Origin: Acholeplasma laidlawii PG-8A
GTDB lineage: Bacteria; Bacillota_I; Bacilli_A; Acholeplasmatales; Acholeplasmataceae
Assembly: GCF_000018785.1 (NCBI RefSeq)
Contig: NC_010163.1
Location: 90,001-122,000, forward strand
Length of the DNA stretch: 32,000 nucleotides
Reading direction: 5' to 3'
Shown here: positions 1 through 9,216 of the stretch, one piece after another
Position numbering within the stretch: position 1 is the first letter of the stretch
How the letters are laid out: every line of letters begins with the position of its first letter
The notes under the pieces: generated by a model
Databases searched by the model: none
What the model saw: the letters and a program-made list of their open reading frames with translations, nothing else
What the model was told of the DNA's origin: nothing
Position numbers and translations under genes: made by a program

Positions 1-458
1 TACCGAAATTAGAAAAAATTGTTGTTAACATGGGTGTTGGTGAGGCAGTATCTAATTCTAAATTACTTGATCAAGCAGTTGAAGAGTTAACATTACTAAC
101 TGGTCAAAAACCTGTTATTACTAAAGCAAAGAAATCAATTTCTAACTTTAAATTACGTGAAGGTCAATCCATTGGTGCTAAAGTAACTTTAAGAGGCGAT
201 AGAATGTATTACTTCTTAGAAAAGTTAGTATCAGTTGCATTACCACGTGTTAGAGACTTCCGTGGGGTATCCGCAAACGCATTTGACGGTCGTGGAAACT
301 ACACATTAGGTGTAAAAGAACAAATCATTTTCCCTGAAATAAACATTGATAAAGTAAATAAAGTTCGTGGGATGGACATTATTATTGTAACAACGGCACA
401 AACCGATGCAGAAGCTAAAAGCTTATTAACTGAATTTGGTTTCCCGTTCAAGAAGTGA
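1..458 (+). CDS. rplE: 50S ribosomal protein L5 (5' truncated by window edge)
   Basis: Reading frame is open from base 3 ([45 protein letters not shown]...); the track start at 30 is an internal Met. Ends in TGA 456-458. Syntenic before S14/S8. Confidence 0.97.
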   Translation, partial: PKLEKIVVNMGVGEAVSNSKLLDQAVEELTLLTGQKPVITKAKKSISNFKLREGQSIGAKVTLRGDRMYYFLEKLVSVALPRVRDFRGVSANAFDGRGNYTLGVKEQIIFPEINIDKVNKVRGMDIIIVTTAQTDAEAKSLLTEFGFPFKK

Positions 459-468
459 GGTGTAGATT

Positions 469-738
469 ATGGCAAAGAAATCAAAAATCGCTAAAGATAA
501 AAAACAGCGCGAAATCGTAGCAATCTACGCTGAAAAACGTAGAGCTTTGAAAGAAGCTGGAGATTACCAAGGTTTATCTAGTCTACCAAAAGATGCATCA
601 CCGGTAAGATTAAGAAATAGAGATTCATTAGACGGTAGACCAAGAGCATATATGAGAAAATTCGGTGTATCTCGTATAACATTCAGAGAATTAGCACACA
701 AGGGAGAAATTCCTGGTGTTAAAAAAGCTAGCTGGTAA
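469..738 (+). CDS. rpsN: 30S ribosomal protein S14, 89 aa cysteine-free form
   Basis: [33 protein letters not shown]...[33 protein letters not shown]; no zinc CxxC motifs. Confidence 0.97.
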   Translation: MAKKSKIAKDKKQREIVAIYAEKRRALKEAGDYQGLSSLPKDASPVRLRNRDSLDGRPRAYMRKFGVSRITFRELAHKGEIPGVKKASW

Positions 739-750
739 GGAGGAAGAACA

Positions 751-1146
751 ATGGTTATGACTGATCCAATTGCGGACCTATTAACGCGAATCCGTAATGC
801 GAATAAAGCGCGTCATCCTAAAGTTGATATGCCATCTTCAAAACTTAAGTTAGAAATACTTAAAGTTATGAAGCAAGAAGGATTTATTAAAGACTTTTCA
901 GTAAACAAGGATAAATTTCCGAAAATTACTGTAACTTTAAAATATTCTGATACAAATGAGCGTGTCATCAAAGGATTAAAAAGGATATCGAAGCCAGGTC
1001 TTCGTGTCTATGCAAGTATAGATAACTTACCACGTGTACTAAATGGTTTAGGTGTGGCATTAGTATCTACATCAAAAGGAATTTTAACAGACCGTGAAGC
1101 TCGTCAACAACAAATTGGTGGCGAAGTTCTAGCGTATGTCTGGTAA
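751..1146 (+). CDS. rpsH: 30S ribosomal protein S8
   Basis: [19 protein letters not shown]...[26 protein letters not shown]; GGAGG SD upstream. Confidence 0.98.
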   Translation: MVMTDPIADLLTRIRNANKARHPKVDMPSSKLKLEILKVMKQEGFIKDFSVNKDKFPKITVTLKYSDTNERVIKGLKRISKPGLRVYASIDNLPRVLNGLGVALVSTSKGILTDREARQQQIGGEVLAYVW

Positions 1147-1164
1147 TAAAGGAGGAATACAAAA

Positions 1165-1704
1165 ATGAGTCGTATAGGCAATAAAGTTATTGTTGTTCCT
1201 GCTGGTGTTACCGTTGACATTAAAGAAGGAAACTTCTTAACTGTTAAAGGGCCAAAAGGTCAACTTGAAAAACAATTAAACTCAGATTTAAGCATTACAT
1301 TAGAAGGAAACTTACTAACTGTAAAACGTCCAAACAATGAAATGTTCATGAGAAAAATCCACGGAACAACTCGTGCCCTATTATTTAATATGGTACATGG
1401 TGTATCTGAAGGATTCTCTAAGAAATTAGAAATCAAAGGGGTTGGGTATAGAGCTCAACTTCAAGGTAACACTTTAGTATTACAATTAGGTTTCTCACAC
1501 AATATTGAAATGCCATTACCAGAAGGTATTTCATTAGATGTTCCTAAAAATACTGAAATTACTGTAAATGGTATTGATAAAGCGGTTGTAGGACAATTCG
1601 CTGCAGAAATTAGAAAACACAGAAAACCAGAACCTTACAAAGGCAAAGGTATTCGTTATGTTGACGAATATGTTGCTCGTAAAGCTGGTAAAACTGCGAA
1701 GTAA
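1165..1704 (+). CDS. rplF: 50S ribosomal protein L6
   Basis: [17 protein letters not shown]...[28 protein letters not shown]; GGAGG SD. Confidence 0.98.
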
Positions 1705-1716
1705 GGAGTATAGACT

Positions 1717-2067
1717 ATGATTAATAAAAAATCATCTAACGAGACGAGACAAAAAAGACATTTAAGAATCAGAAAACATGTCATCGGTACTCCAGATCGT
1801 CCAAGATTAAACGTATTTCGTTCCAATACCGCGATTTATGTTCAAATCATTAATGACGAAACTCATAACACACTAACAAGTGCAAACACAAAAGAACTAA
1901 AAGTGGGTGCTAACATTGAAGGTGCTGCAGCATTAGGTAAAGCTGTTGCTGAGCAAGCTTTAAAGTTAGGTATCACAAAAGTTGTCTTTGACCGCGGTGG
2001 TTATTTATACCACGGACGTATAAAGGCATTAGCTGATGCAGCAAGAGCTGCCGGCTTAGAATTCTAG
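1717..2067 (+). CDS. rplR: 50S ribosomal protein L18
   Basis: [25 protein letters not shown]-like N-terminus and [29 protein letters not shown]-terminus. Confidence 0.97.
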   Translation: MINKKSSNETRQKRHLRIRKHVIGTPDRPRLNVFRSNTAIYVQIINDETHNTLTSANTKELKVGANIEGAAALGKAVAEQALKLGITKVVFDRGGYLYHGRIKALADAARAAGLEF

Positions 2068-2081
2068 GAAAGGAGTCTATC

Positions 2082-2588
2082 ATGGCACAAAATTTTACAG
2101 ATAACAAAGAAGAAATCGTTTTTGAAGAAGAAGTTGTAGCGATTAATCGTGTAACTAAAGTCGTTAAAGGTGGACGCCGTTTCCGTTTTGCTGCACTTGT
2201 TGTTGTAGGTAACAAACAAGGTAAAGTTGGTTTTGGTACAGGTAAAGCTACTGAAGTACCTGAAGCAATTAAAAAAGCAGTGGAAAATGCTAAGAGAAAT
2301 ATTATTGATATTCCGTTAAAGAACTCTACAATTCCTCACCAAGTACTAGGCGTATTCGGTGGTGGACGTATCGTTATTAAACCTGCTGCACCTGGTACAG
2401 GGATCATTGCAGGTGGTGCGGCTCGTATCATCTTTGACTTAGCTGGTATCCATGACGTATTAAGTAAATCATTAGGTTCTAAAACTGCAATTAACGTAGT
2501 GCGTGCTACTTTCCAAGGTTTAGAATCTCTAACAACACCAGAAGCTGTAGCTAAGCTACGTGGTGTATCTATCGAGAACTTGGTGTAA
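2082..2588 (+). CDS. rpsE: 30S ribosomal protein S5
   Basis: [40 protein letters not shown] motif; syntenic. Confidence 0.98.
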   Translation: MAQNFTDNKEEIVFEEEVVAINRVTKVVKGGRRFRFAALVVVGNKQGKVGFGTGKATEVPEAIKKAVENAKRNIIDIPLKNSTIPHQVLGVFGGGRIVIKPAAPGTGIIAGGAARIIFDLAGIHDVLSKSLGSKTAINVVRATFQGLESLTTPEAVAKLRGVSIENLV

Positions 2589-2592
2589 ACTT

Positions 2593-2766
2593 ATGTTAAA
2601 GATTACATTAAAAAAATCATTAATCGGTAGACGTCCAAACCAAGTTAAAACCGCTCACGCACTCGGTTTAAGAAAAATTGGACAAAGTGTTTCAAAAGTA
2701 GAAAATGACGCTATCAACGGAATGATCAACACAATTGGTCACCTAGTTGTAGTGGAAAAAGAATAA
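2593..2766 (+). CDS. rpmD: 50S ribosomal protein L30 (57 aa; start corrected from 2560 to 2593)
   Basis: [38 protein letters not shown]; the 11 residues added by the track start at 2560 overlap rpsE and do not resemble L30. Confidence 0.94.
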   Translation: MLKITLKKSLIGRRPNQVKTAHALGLRKIGQSVSKVENDAINGMINTIGHLVVVEKE

Positions 2767-2777
2767 GGAGGCAAACC

Positions 2778-3218
2778 ATGATATTAAGCAATTTAAAACC
2801 AGTTCCTGGAGCGAGACATTCTAAAAAACGTTTAGGACGCGGACCAGGTAGTGGTACAGGTAAAACCTCTGGTAAAGGACATAAAGGTCAAAAAGCAAGA
2901 TCTGGTGGCGGTGTACGTCCAGGATTCGAAGGTGGACAAATTCCATTCTTCCAACGTATTCCAAAACGTGGATTCAACAACCACACTAGAGTAGAGTACG
3001 CGATTGTGAATACCAAAGAGCTCAATGTTTTTGAAGACGGTACTGTCGTAACACCTGAATTACTATTACAAACTAAATTAGTTTCTAAAGTACTAGCAGG
3101 CGTTAAAATATTAGCTGATGGAAAGTTAGAGAAAAAGCTAACTGTTAAAGCAAACAAATTCTCAAACAGTGCTAAAGAAGCAATTGAAGCAGCTGGTGGA
3201 ACAATCGAGGTGATCTAA
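2778..3218 (+). CDS. rplO: 50S ribosomal protein L15
   Basis: [39 protein letters not shown]. Confidence 0.98.
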   Translation: MILSNLKPVPGARHSKKRLGRGPGSGTGKTSGKGHKGQKARSGGGVRPGFEGGQIPFFQRIPKRGFNNHTRVEYAIVNTKELNVFEDGTVVTPELLLQTKLVSKVLAGVKILADGKLEKKLTVKANKFSNSAKEAIEAAGGTIEVI

Positions 3219-3219
3219 A

Positions 3220-4518
3220 ATGTGGCAGCGCATAAAAAATGTATTAGCAAATAATTCAGTTATGGCTCGTGTGGGTATAACGTTATTACTTATCTTCATA
3301 TTTAGAGTCGCAAGTTACATCCCAATTCCATTGTTTAACATTGAACTTTTCAGAAGCAATCAAACATGGTCATCAGGATTCTTAGGTATTTTAAATAGCT
3401 ATACAGGACAAGCATTGGCACGTTTTAGTGTGTTATCTCTAGGGATTTCACCTTATATCACTGCATCTATTGCAGTACAATTATTACAAACAGTTGTTCC
3501 TTCTATGAAAGAGTGGCAAGAACAAGGTGATACTGGGAAAGTTAAAACTCAACGTATGACTAAGTACTTAGCAATCGTATTAGCGTTTGCTCAAAGTTTA
3601 CTCTTAATTTTAGGTACAGGTGTTAGAGGCTCACAAATTCAAGTGGGCGTAGATAGTGGATTCTTTACTTACTTTTATATGGCTTTAGTTGTAACTGCAG
3701 GTTCTGCATTTGCAATTTGGCTAGCTGATCTAATTACAGCTAAAGGTGTTGGTAATGGTTCATCTATATTAATTGGTGTGGGTGTGTTAACATCTATTCC
3801 AATTATGATCACAACTTTAAGTGATAAATACTTAGGTACAGGTGAATGGACTGACATCTTAATCTATGTATTAATTCTATTACTTTATGTAGGTATTTTA
3901 TTAGGTGTTGTTTATATGAACATCGCTAAACGTAAGATTCCTATAAACTATGCAAATAGACAAGGTGGTAAAACAAGAACAGATTCAAATATCCCATTAA
4001 AGATTAACTCTGCTGGGGTATTACCTGTAATCTTCGCATCAACCATCCTATCAGTTCCACTTTCTATTGTTGGTTTCTTAGAAGGCAGTTTAGGTGCAGG
4101 AACTCAAAGTTGGATCAATGCAATCTTCAATTACCAAGAACCACTTGGATTCATTATTTATCTTATCTTAATCATTGCATTCTCATTCTTCTATACATTC
4201 ATGGTAACAAATCCACATAAGATTGCTGATAACTTATCAAAATCTAATGCATATGTTCCAGGTGTAAGACCAGGAGATGATACTAAAAACTATATTGCTA
4301 GAATTCTATTTAAAGTCACAGTTATTGGTACAGTATACTTAGTTGTATTAGCTGCACTTCCAATTATTACTGCATGGGTATTCGGCTTTGTAGGTGCAGA
4401 AGCTGCAAGCATCACCTTAGGTGGAACCGGGCTATTAATCGTAGTTGGGGTTGCTGCAGACACTACACAACAACTTGAAGCACAAGCTAATCAAGAGACG
4501 TATCAAGGATTGTTCTAA
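3220..4518 (+). CDS. secY: Preprotein translocase subunit SecY
   Basis: Polytopic membrane protein with RVASYIPIPLFN, LGISPYITASIAVQLLQ, QGGKTRTDSNIPLKINSAGVLPVIFA; syntenic between L15 and adenylate kinase. Confidence 0.98.
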   Translation: MWQRIKNVLANNSVMARVGITLLLIFIFRVASYIPIPLFNIELFRSNQTWSSGFLGILNSYTGQALARFSVLSLGISPYITASIAVQLLQTVVPSMKEWQEQGDTGKVKTQRMTKYLAIVLAFAQSLLLILGTGVRGSQIQVGVDSGFFTYFYMALVVTAGSAFAIWLADLITAKGVGNGSSILIGVGVLTSIPIMITTLSDKYLGTGEWTDILIYVLILLLYVGILLGVVYMNIAKRKIPINYANRQGGKTRTDSNIPLKINSAGVLPVIFASTILSVPLSIVGFLEGSLGAGTQSWINAIFNYQEPLGFIIYLILIIAFSFFYTFMVTNPHKIADNLSKSNAYVPGVRPGDDTKNYIARILFKVTVIGTVYLVVLAALPIITAWVFGFVGAEAASITLGGTGLLIVVGVAADTTQQLEAQANQETYQGLF

Positions 4519-5171
4519 TGAAAACAAGGATGATATTTGTAGGCCCTCCTGGGGCTGGCAAGGGATCACAGGCAAAAATAATTTCACAGACATTAAATAT
4601 CCCACATATATCAACCGGTGATATGTTCAGAACACATATAAAGGGTAGTACGCCACTTGGTTTGGAAGCTAAAAAGTATACAGACCAAGGGCTACTTGTA
4701 CCTGATGATGTAACCAATCAAATGGTTAAAGATCGCCTAAGTCAGAAAGATGTTGAAAAGGGATTCATCTTTGATGGATATCCAAGAACACCTGATCAAG
4801 CAATTTTCTTAGACAATCTATTAATGGTAACAAATCAAAAACTTGATGTAGTATTAAATATTTCATCAAGTGATGAAGTTATTGTTAAACGAATCACAGG
4901 TAGAAGAACATGCCCAGTATGTGGTGCTATATATCATGTTGATAACTATCCACCAAAAGTGGCAGGTATTTGTGATAATGATGGTGCAACCTTGGTTCAA
5001 AGAAAAGATGATCAAAAAGAAACAATTATTCGTAGACTTAGTGTTTACAAAGAAGAAACATTCCCATTAATTAAGTATTATGCACATAAAAACTTACTTA
5101 TGGATGTTGATGGTAATCAACCTTTAGAGGTGATTACAAAACATGTATTAGAAATTCTGGAGCAAAAATGA
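4518..5171 (+). CDS. adk: Adenylate kinase, zinc-lid type
   Basis: GPPGAGKGSQA P-loop, DGYPRTPDQA, lid CPVCGAIYHVDNYPPKVAGICDNDG (Cys-Cys-Cys-Asp ligand pattern); start overlaps the secY stop by 1 nt (TAATG). Confidence 0.98.
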   Translation: MKTRMIFVGPPGAGKGSQAKIISQTLNIPHISTGDMFRTHIKGSTPLGLEAKKYTDQGLLVPDDVTNQMVKDRLSQKDVEKGFIFDGYPRTPDQAIFLDNLLMVTNQKLDVVLNISSSDEVIVKRITGRRTCPVCGAIYHVDNYPPKVAGICDNDGATLVQRKDDQKETIIRRLSVYKEETFPLIKYYAHKNLLMDVDGNQPLEVITKHVLEILEQK

Positions 5172-5923
5172 TTACAATAAAAAGTTCTAGAGAAATTGAA
5201 CTCATGAAAACAGCTGGTGACATCTTGGCACGTACTAGGGAATATCTAATTCCTTTCATTAAGCCAGGTGTTACCACACATGAGCTTGATATGCTCGCAC
5301 ATAATTTCATACTCGAAAATGATGCAACACCGTCATTTAAAGGATACCAAGGATTTGATGGATCGATTTGTGCATCCGTCAATGAAGTTGTGATTCACGG
5401 TATACCTTCCAAAAAGAAGGTTCTCAAAGATGGCGATATTCTATCACTCGATTTAGGTGTGAATTATAAGGGTTATCACGCTGACTCTGCATGGACATTT
5501 CCTGTTGGGGTTATCTCAAATGAAGTTAAAAAGTTGTTAGAAGTAACAGAAGAAGCACTATGGAATGGCTTAGCGGTTATTAAACCAGGTGCAAGCGTCA
5601 ATGAGATTTCTAAAGCAGTTGAACAAACCATTAGACCACATGGTTATGGTATTGTTGAAGAATTTACCGGTCATGGCATCGGTCAAAGTCTCCATGAAGA
5701 TCCAGCGATTCCTAACTTTGGTTATGAACCAAATCATGTGATTTTAAAAGCTGGAATGACCTTTTGTGTAGAACCAATGGTCAATATAGGAACTAAAAGA
5801 GTTCGTATATTAAAAGATGGTTGGACAACAGTTACACAAGACAAATCATATAGTGCACATTTCGAGCATACGGTACTTGTAACCGAAACAGGCTATGAAG
5901 TATTGACTAAAACAAAGGAGTAA
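5168..5923 (+). CDS. map: Methionine aminopeptidase type I
   Basis: [61 protein letters not shown]; ATGA overlap with adk. Confidence 0.97.
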   Translation: MITIKSSREIELMKTAGDILARTREYLIPFIKPGVTTHELDMLAHNFILENDATPSFKGYQGFDGSICASVNEVVIHGIPSKKKVLKDGDILSLDLGVNYKGYHADSAWTFPVGVISNEVKKLLEVTEEALWNGLAVIKPGASVNEISKAVEQTIRPHGYGIVEEFTGHGIGQSLHEDPAIPNFGYEPNHVILKAGMTFCVEPMVNIGTKRVRILKDGWTTVTQDKSYSAHFEHTVLVTETGYEVLTKTKE

Positions 5924-5925
5924 TT

Positions 5926-6144
5926 ATGGCAAGAGAAGATTTAATAGAAGTTGAAGCAAAGGTTAAAGAAATTTTACCGAACACAAAGTTTATAGTTGAG
6001 CTAGACAACGGTCACACCGTTGTAGCACACGTATCTGGTAAAATCCGTATCCACAACATACGCATTTTACCTGGTGATAAAGTAACAGTTGAATTATCAC
6101 CATATGATTTATCACGCGGACGTATAACATACCGCAAAAAATAA
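5926..6144 (+). CDS. infA: Translation initiation factor IF-1
   Basis: [72 protein letters not shown]. Confidence 0.98.
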   Translation: MAREDLIEVEAKVKEILPNTKFIVELDNGHTVVAHVSGKIRIHNIRILPGDKVTVELSPYDLSRGRITYRKK

Positions 6145-6156
6145 GGAGCAATTAAA

Positions 6157-6273
6157 ATGAAAGTTAAAGCATCAGTTAAAAAGCGCAGCGCAGATGACAT
6201 CATTGTGCGCCGCAAAGGTCGCGTATACGTGATCAACAAAAAAAATAGAAGACACAATCAAAGACAAGGTTAA
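6157..6273 (+). CDS. rpmJ: 50S ribosomal protein L36, 38 aa cysteine-free form (absent from the supplied ORF track)
   Basis: Translated by eye: [38 protein letters not shown]; SD AAGGAG 6143-6148; canonical position between infA and rpsM. Confidence 0.95.
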   Translation: MKVKASVKKRSADDIIVRRKGRVYVINKKNRRHNQRQG

Positions 6274-6285
6274 GGAGATTAAACT

Positions 6286-6660
6286 ATGGCAAGAATTGCA
6301 GGAGTAGACATCCCTACTCAAAAACGAGTGGTTATCTCGTTACAATACATCTATGGCATTGGTCAAACTACAGCACAAGAAGTGCTAAAGAATGCTAATG
6401 TATCAGAAGATATTCGTGTTAAAGACTTAAATGACGATCAATTATCAGCAATCCGTGGCGAAGTAGCGAAAATCGTTACAGAAGGTGACTTACGTAGAGA
6501 GTCAACATTAAACATCAAACGTTTAATGGAAATTGGTTCATATCGCGGTATTAGACACCGTAAAGGCTTACCTGTAAACGGTCAAAACACAAGAAACAAT
6601 GCACGTACTCGTAAAGGGAAACCTAAAGCGGTTACTGGAAAGAAACAGGCAGGTAAATAA
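6286..6660 (+). CDS. rpsM: 30S ribosomal protein S13
   Basis: [26 protein letters not shown]...[28 protein letters not shown]. Confidence 0.98.
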   Translation: MARIAGVDIPTQKRVVISLQYIYGIGQTTAQEVLKNANVSEDIRVKDLNDDQLSAIRGEVAKIVTEGDLRRESTLNIKRLMEIGSYRGIRHRKGLPVNGQNTRNNARTRKGKPKAVTGKKQAGK

Positions 6661-6662
6661 CA

Positions 6663-7055
6663 ATGGCAGCTCAAAAAAGAAAAACAACTAAAAGAAGAGT
6701 AAGAAAAAACATACCTTCAGGTATTGCTCACATTCATACAACTTTCAATAATACAATCGTAACTATCACAGACCCAGCAGGTAACGCTATCTCTTGGTCA
6801 AGTGCTGGTGCTTTAGGTATTAAAGGATCAAGAAAATCTACACCATTTGCAGCTCAACTTACAAGTGAAGCAGCAGCAAAAGGTGCAATGGACAACGGTA
6901 TGGCTCGTGTAGAAGTATATGTTAAAGGTCCAGGACCTGGTAGAGAGGCTGCAATTAGAAGTTTACAAGCAGCAGGATTAGAAATTACAGCGATTAAAGA
7001 TGTGACGCCAGTTCCTCATAATGGATGTCGTCCACCAAAACGTCCACGTAACTAA
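6663..7055 (+). CDS. rpsK: 30S ribosomal protein S11
   Basis: [30 protein letters not shown]...[16 protein letters not shown]. Confidence 0.98.
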   Translation: MAAQKRKTTKRRVRKNIPSGIAHIHTTFNNTIVTITDPAGNAISWSSAGALGIKGSRKSTPFAAQLTSEAAAKGAMDNGMARVEVYVKGPGPGREAAIRSLQAAGLEITAIKDVTPVPHNGCRPPKRPRN

Positions 7056-7078
7056 TTTAAACCATAGGAGGTAAACTT

Positions 7079-8071
7079 GTGAAAGATTTAAAATTTGAAA
7101 AACCAACATCTGTCGAAGAAATATCTCAAGAAGGTAACTTGGGACGTTTCTTAATCAAACCACTTGAACGCGGTTATGGGTTAACCTTAGGTAATGCATT
7201 AAGACGTGTCTTATTATCATCGTTACCAGGTGCTGCAATCGTCAATGTTAAAATTGAAGGTGTGGAGCACGAGTTTTCTACCATTGAAGGCGTTTATGAA
7301 GATGTGATGGGAATCGTTCTTAACCTTAAAAAGGTCGTATTCTCAGTTGATTCACAAGATCCACAGTATGAACAACAATTAGAATTATATGCAGAAGGTC
7401 CAGCTGTGATTACTGCAGGTGATTTTAATTTGGCAGACGACATTGAAGTTGTCAATAAAGACCAACATATTGCAACTCTAGCAGAAGGTGCTAAGTTCAA
7501 TATGACAGTTACAGTTAGACGTGGTATTGGTTATGTACCAGCTGACCAAAATAAACAATATTCTAAATACGAATTAAACGTTATTCCAATTGACTCACTT
7601 TATACACCAGTTGAACGTGTAATCTACAGTGTAGAAAAAACACGTGGTGATTTAGATGAATTAACAATTGAAATCGAAACAAACGGTGCTATCTTAGCAA
7701 AAGAAGCATTAGCCCTCGCATCTAAGATGTTAGTGGATCACTTCCAAGTACTTGTAGATATTTCTGAAAAAGCTAGTGAATTTGATTTCATTCGCGATAT
7801 TGAAGAAGAACCAGCAAGCAAAAAATCAGATACTAAGATTGAACAACTTGATTTATCAGTTCGTTTATTCAACTCACTAAAACGTAGTGGTATCACTACA
7901 GTTGGTGAATTACTAAAATTATCTGAAGAAGAAGTTATGAGACTACGTTCATTAGGTAGAAAATCATTCAAAGAATTAAAAGAAAAATTAGCAGAACATG
8001 GACTTGAATTCGAGCACTCTACTTCAAAAGAAGCAAGATTCGGATTTGATTCAGACGAAGATAAGGAGTAA
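7079..8071 (+). CDS. rpoA: DNA-directed RNA polymerase subunit alpha
   Basis: GTG start with AGGAGG SD; [30 protein letters not shown]; alpha-[19 protein letters not shown]-like segment. Confidence 0.98.
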   Translation: MKDLKFEKPTSVEEISQEGNLGRFLIKPLERGYGLTLGNALRRVLLSSLPGAAIVNVKIEGVEHEFSTIEGVYEDVMGIVLNLKKVVFSVDSQDPQYEQQLELYAEGPAVITAGDFNLADDIEVVNKDQHIATLAEGAKFNMTVTVRRGIGYVPADQNKQYSKYELNVIPIDSLYTPVERVIYSVEKTRGDLDELTIEIETNGAILAKEALALASKMLVDHFQVLVDISEKASEFDFIRDIEEEPASKKSDTKIEQLDLSVRLFNSLKRSGITTVGELLKLSEEEVMRLRSLGRKSFKELKEKLAEHGLEFEHSTSKEARFGFDSDEDKE

Positions 8072-8076
8072 TAATT

Positions 8077-8436
8077 ATGGCAATACCATCAAGACTACGC
8101 CGTACGACTGATCAAAGAGAAGCTTTACTACGCGATTTAGTAACAGACTTAATCATCAATGATCGTATTACGACAACAGAAGCAAAAGCAAAATCCGTAC
8201 AACGCGTTGCTGATAAAATGGTCACATTAGCTAAAAAAGGTACGTTAGCAGCTCGTAGACAAGCAGCTGAAACAGTACGTTTAGAAGATGCTGGTGAAGG
8301 CAAAGATGCACTTCAAAAGCTATTTAGCGTAATTGCACCACGTTACAACGATCGTACAGGTGGATATACAAGAATTATTAAAACTGTACCTCGCCGTGGC
8401 GATGCAGCACCGATGGCAATCATCGAATTTATTTAA
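8077..8436 (+). CDS. rplQ: 50S ribosomal protein L17
   Basis: [49 protein letters not shown]...[13 protein letters not shown]. Confidence 0.98.
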   Translation: MAIPSRLRRTTDQREALLRDLVTDLIINDRITTTEAKAKSVQRVADKMVTLAKKGTLAARRQAAETVRLEDAGEGKDALQKLFSVIAPRYNDRTGGYTRIIKTVPRRGDAAPMAIIEFI

Positions 8437-8448
8437 TATTAAATTCTA

Positions 8449-8476
8449 AAAACCTTCTATAATTAGGAGGTTTTTT
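8449..8476 (+). terminator. Rho-independent terminator after rplQ (end of spc/alpha operon)
   Basis: AAAACCTTCTA-TAAT-TAGGAGGTTTT (11 bp stem with one T-G wobble) with a T run. Confidence 0.9.
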
Positions 8477-8574
8477 ATTTTACTTTTAACAAATTATCTT
8501 AAGTAAATTAAATCGTATTAAAAAACAACACCTAATATTTTAGTTATCAAAATGAATAAAGATTGGTGATTCAT

Positions 8575-8583
8575 GCTATAATA
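8575..8583 (+). promoter_or_regulatory. Candidate extended -10 promoter (TGCTATAAT) for the 158-aa ORF
   Basis: TGnTATAAT sequence between the rplQ terminator and the 8654 ORF; no good -35. Confidence 0.5.
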
Positions 8584-8653
8584 ATAGTAATCAATACATG
8601 CATAAGTATTTTTTAAATACGTATTAAATGTATGAGATGGAGGTAAAAGGGAA

Positions 8654-9130
8654 ATGAGCAAAGACATGATAGTCTATAAAGCTGATAATGGGGAAACAGT
8701 TTTATTTTCAAAAGGTAATGCTTGGCATGTTCATATAGATGGTTTAACAGATCATTATAAAGCAGTCGAGGGAGATAAGGTTAAACTTACCGGTAAAGTT
8801 GTATTTATATCTAAGAGTGTGAAGAAAGTTACCATCACTCAAAATCAATATGAAATTGTGAAACGTTCAGCCAATGAACGTCAATATATCACATTTGATT
8901 TTGTGAGTTTAAATGAAGTACGTCTTGGTACACGTATCTTTTTAACTGAAGCTGGTCAAGTAGAACGTGAAAAACGTGATCACAAACGATCTGTTCGCGA
9001 ACAAAAAAGCCAAGCTCTTGCAGATAAAAAAGCTGCAGCGATTCAAAAAAAGGCTGATAAGCGTATGAAAAAAGAAGAAAAACGCGCATCAAAAAAAGAT
9101 AAAAATAAACTAGATATGTTTGATGAATAA
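8654..9130 (+). CDS. Hypothetical protein, 158 aa, with strongly basic Lys/Arg/Ala-rich C-terminal tail
   Basis: Isolated ORF with GGAGG SD, promoter-like sequence upstream and its own terminator downstream. Confidence 0.8.
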   Translation: MSKDMIVYKADNGETVLFSKGNAWHVHIDGLTDHYKAVEGDKVKLTGKVVFISKSVKKVTITQNQYEIVKRSANERQYITFDFVSLNEVRLGTRIFLTEAGQVEREKRDHKRSVREQKSQALADKKAAAIQKKADKRMKKEEKRASKKDKNKLDMFDE

Positions 9131-9135
9131 TTTAG

Positions 9136-9165
9136 ATAGGTGCTTAAATGTAAGCACCTATTTTT
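9136..9165 (+). terminator. Rho-independent terminator
   Basis: ATAGGTGCTTA-AATG-TAAGCACCTAT followed by TTTT. Confidence 0.92.
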
Positions 9166-9216
9166 ATAGTTGTATTCTATGGTAAAATAAATTAAGTAAA
9201 TTAATAAGGAGGCCCA

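Noticed and set aside
1973-2215. Minus-strand 80-aa ORF (and similar minus ORFs at 2888-3157, 3675-3857, 5134-5382, 6012-6257, 7294-7500, 7738-7971, 8112-8303)
   Set aside because: All lie antisense inside confidently assigned ribosomal/secY/adk/map/rpoA genes, with no SD and no recognisable protein features; expected by-products of codon bias.
2560-2592. N-terminal extension of L30 ([11 protein letters not shown])
   Set aside because: Overlaps rpsE out of frame; L30 homology begins at the ATG at 2593.
4487-4717. Minus-strand 76-aa ORF over the secY/adk junction, and plus-strand 66-aa ORF 4870-5070 within adk
   Set aside because: Both are embedded in well-supported genes in other frames without translation signals.
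8889-9092. Minus-strand 67-aa ORF within the 158-aa hypothetical gene
   Set aside because: Antisense to the plus ORF, which has SD, promoter-like sequence and terminator.
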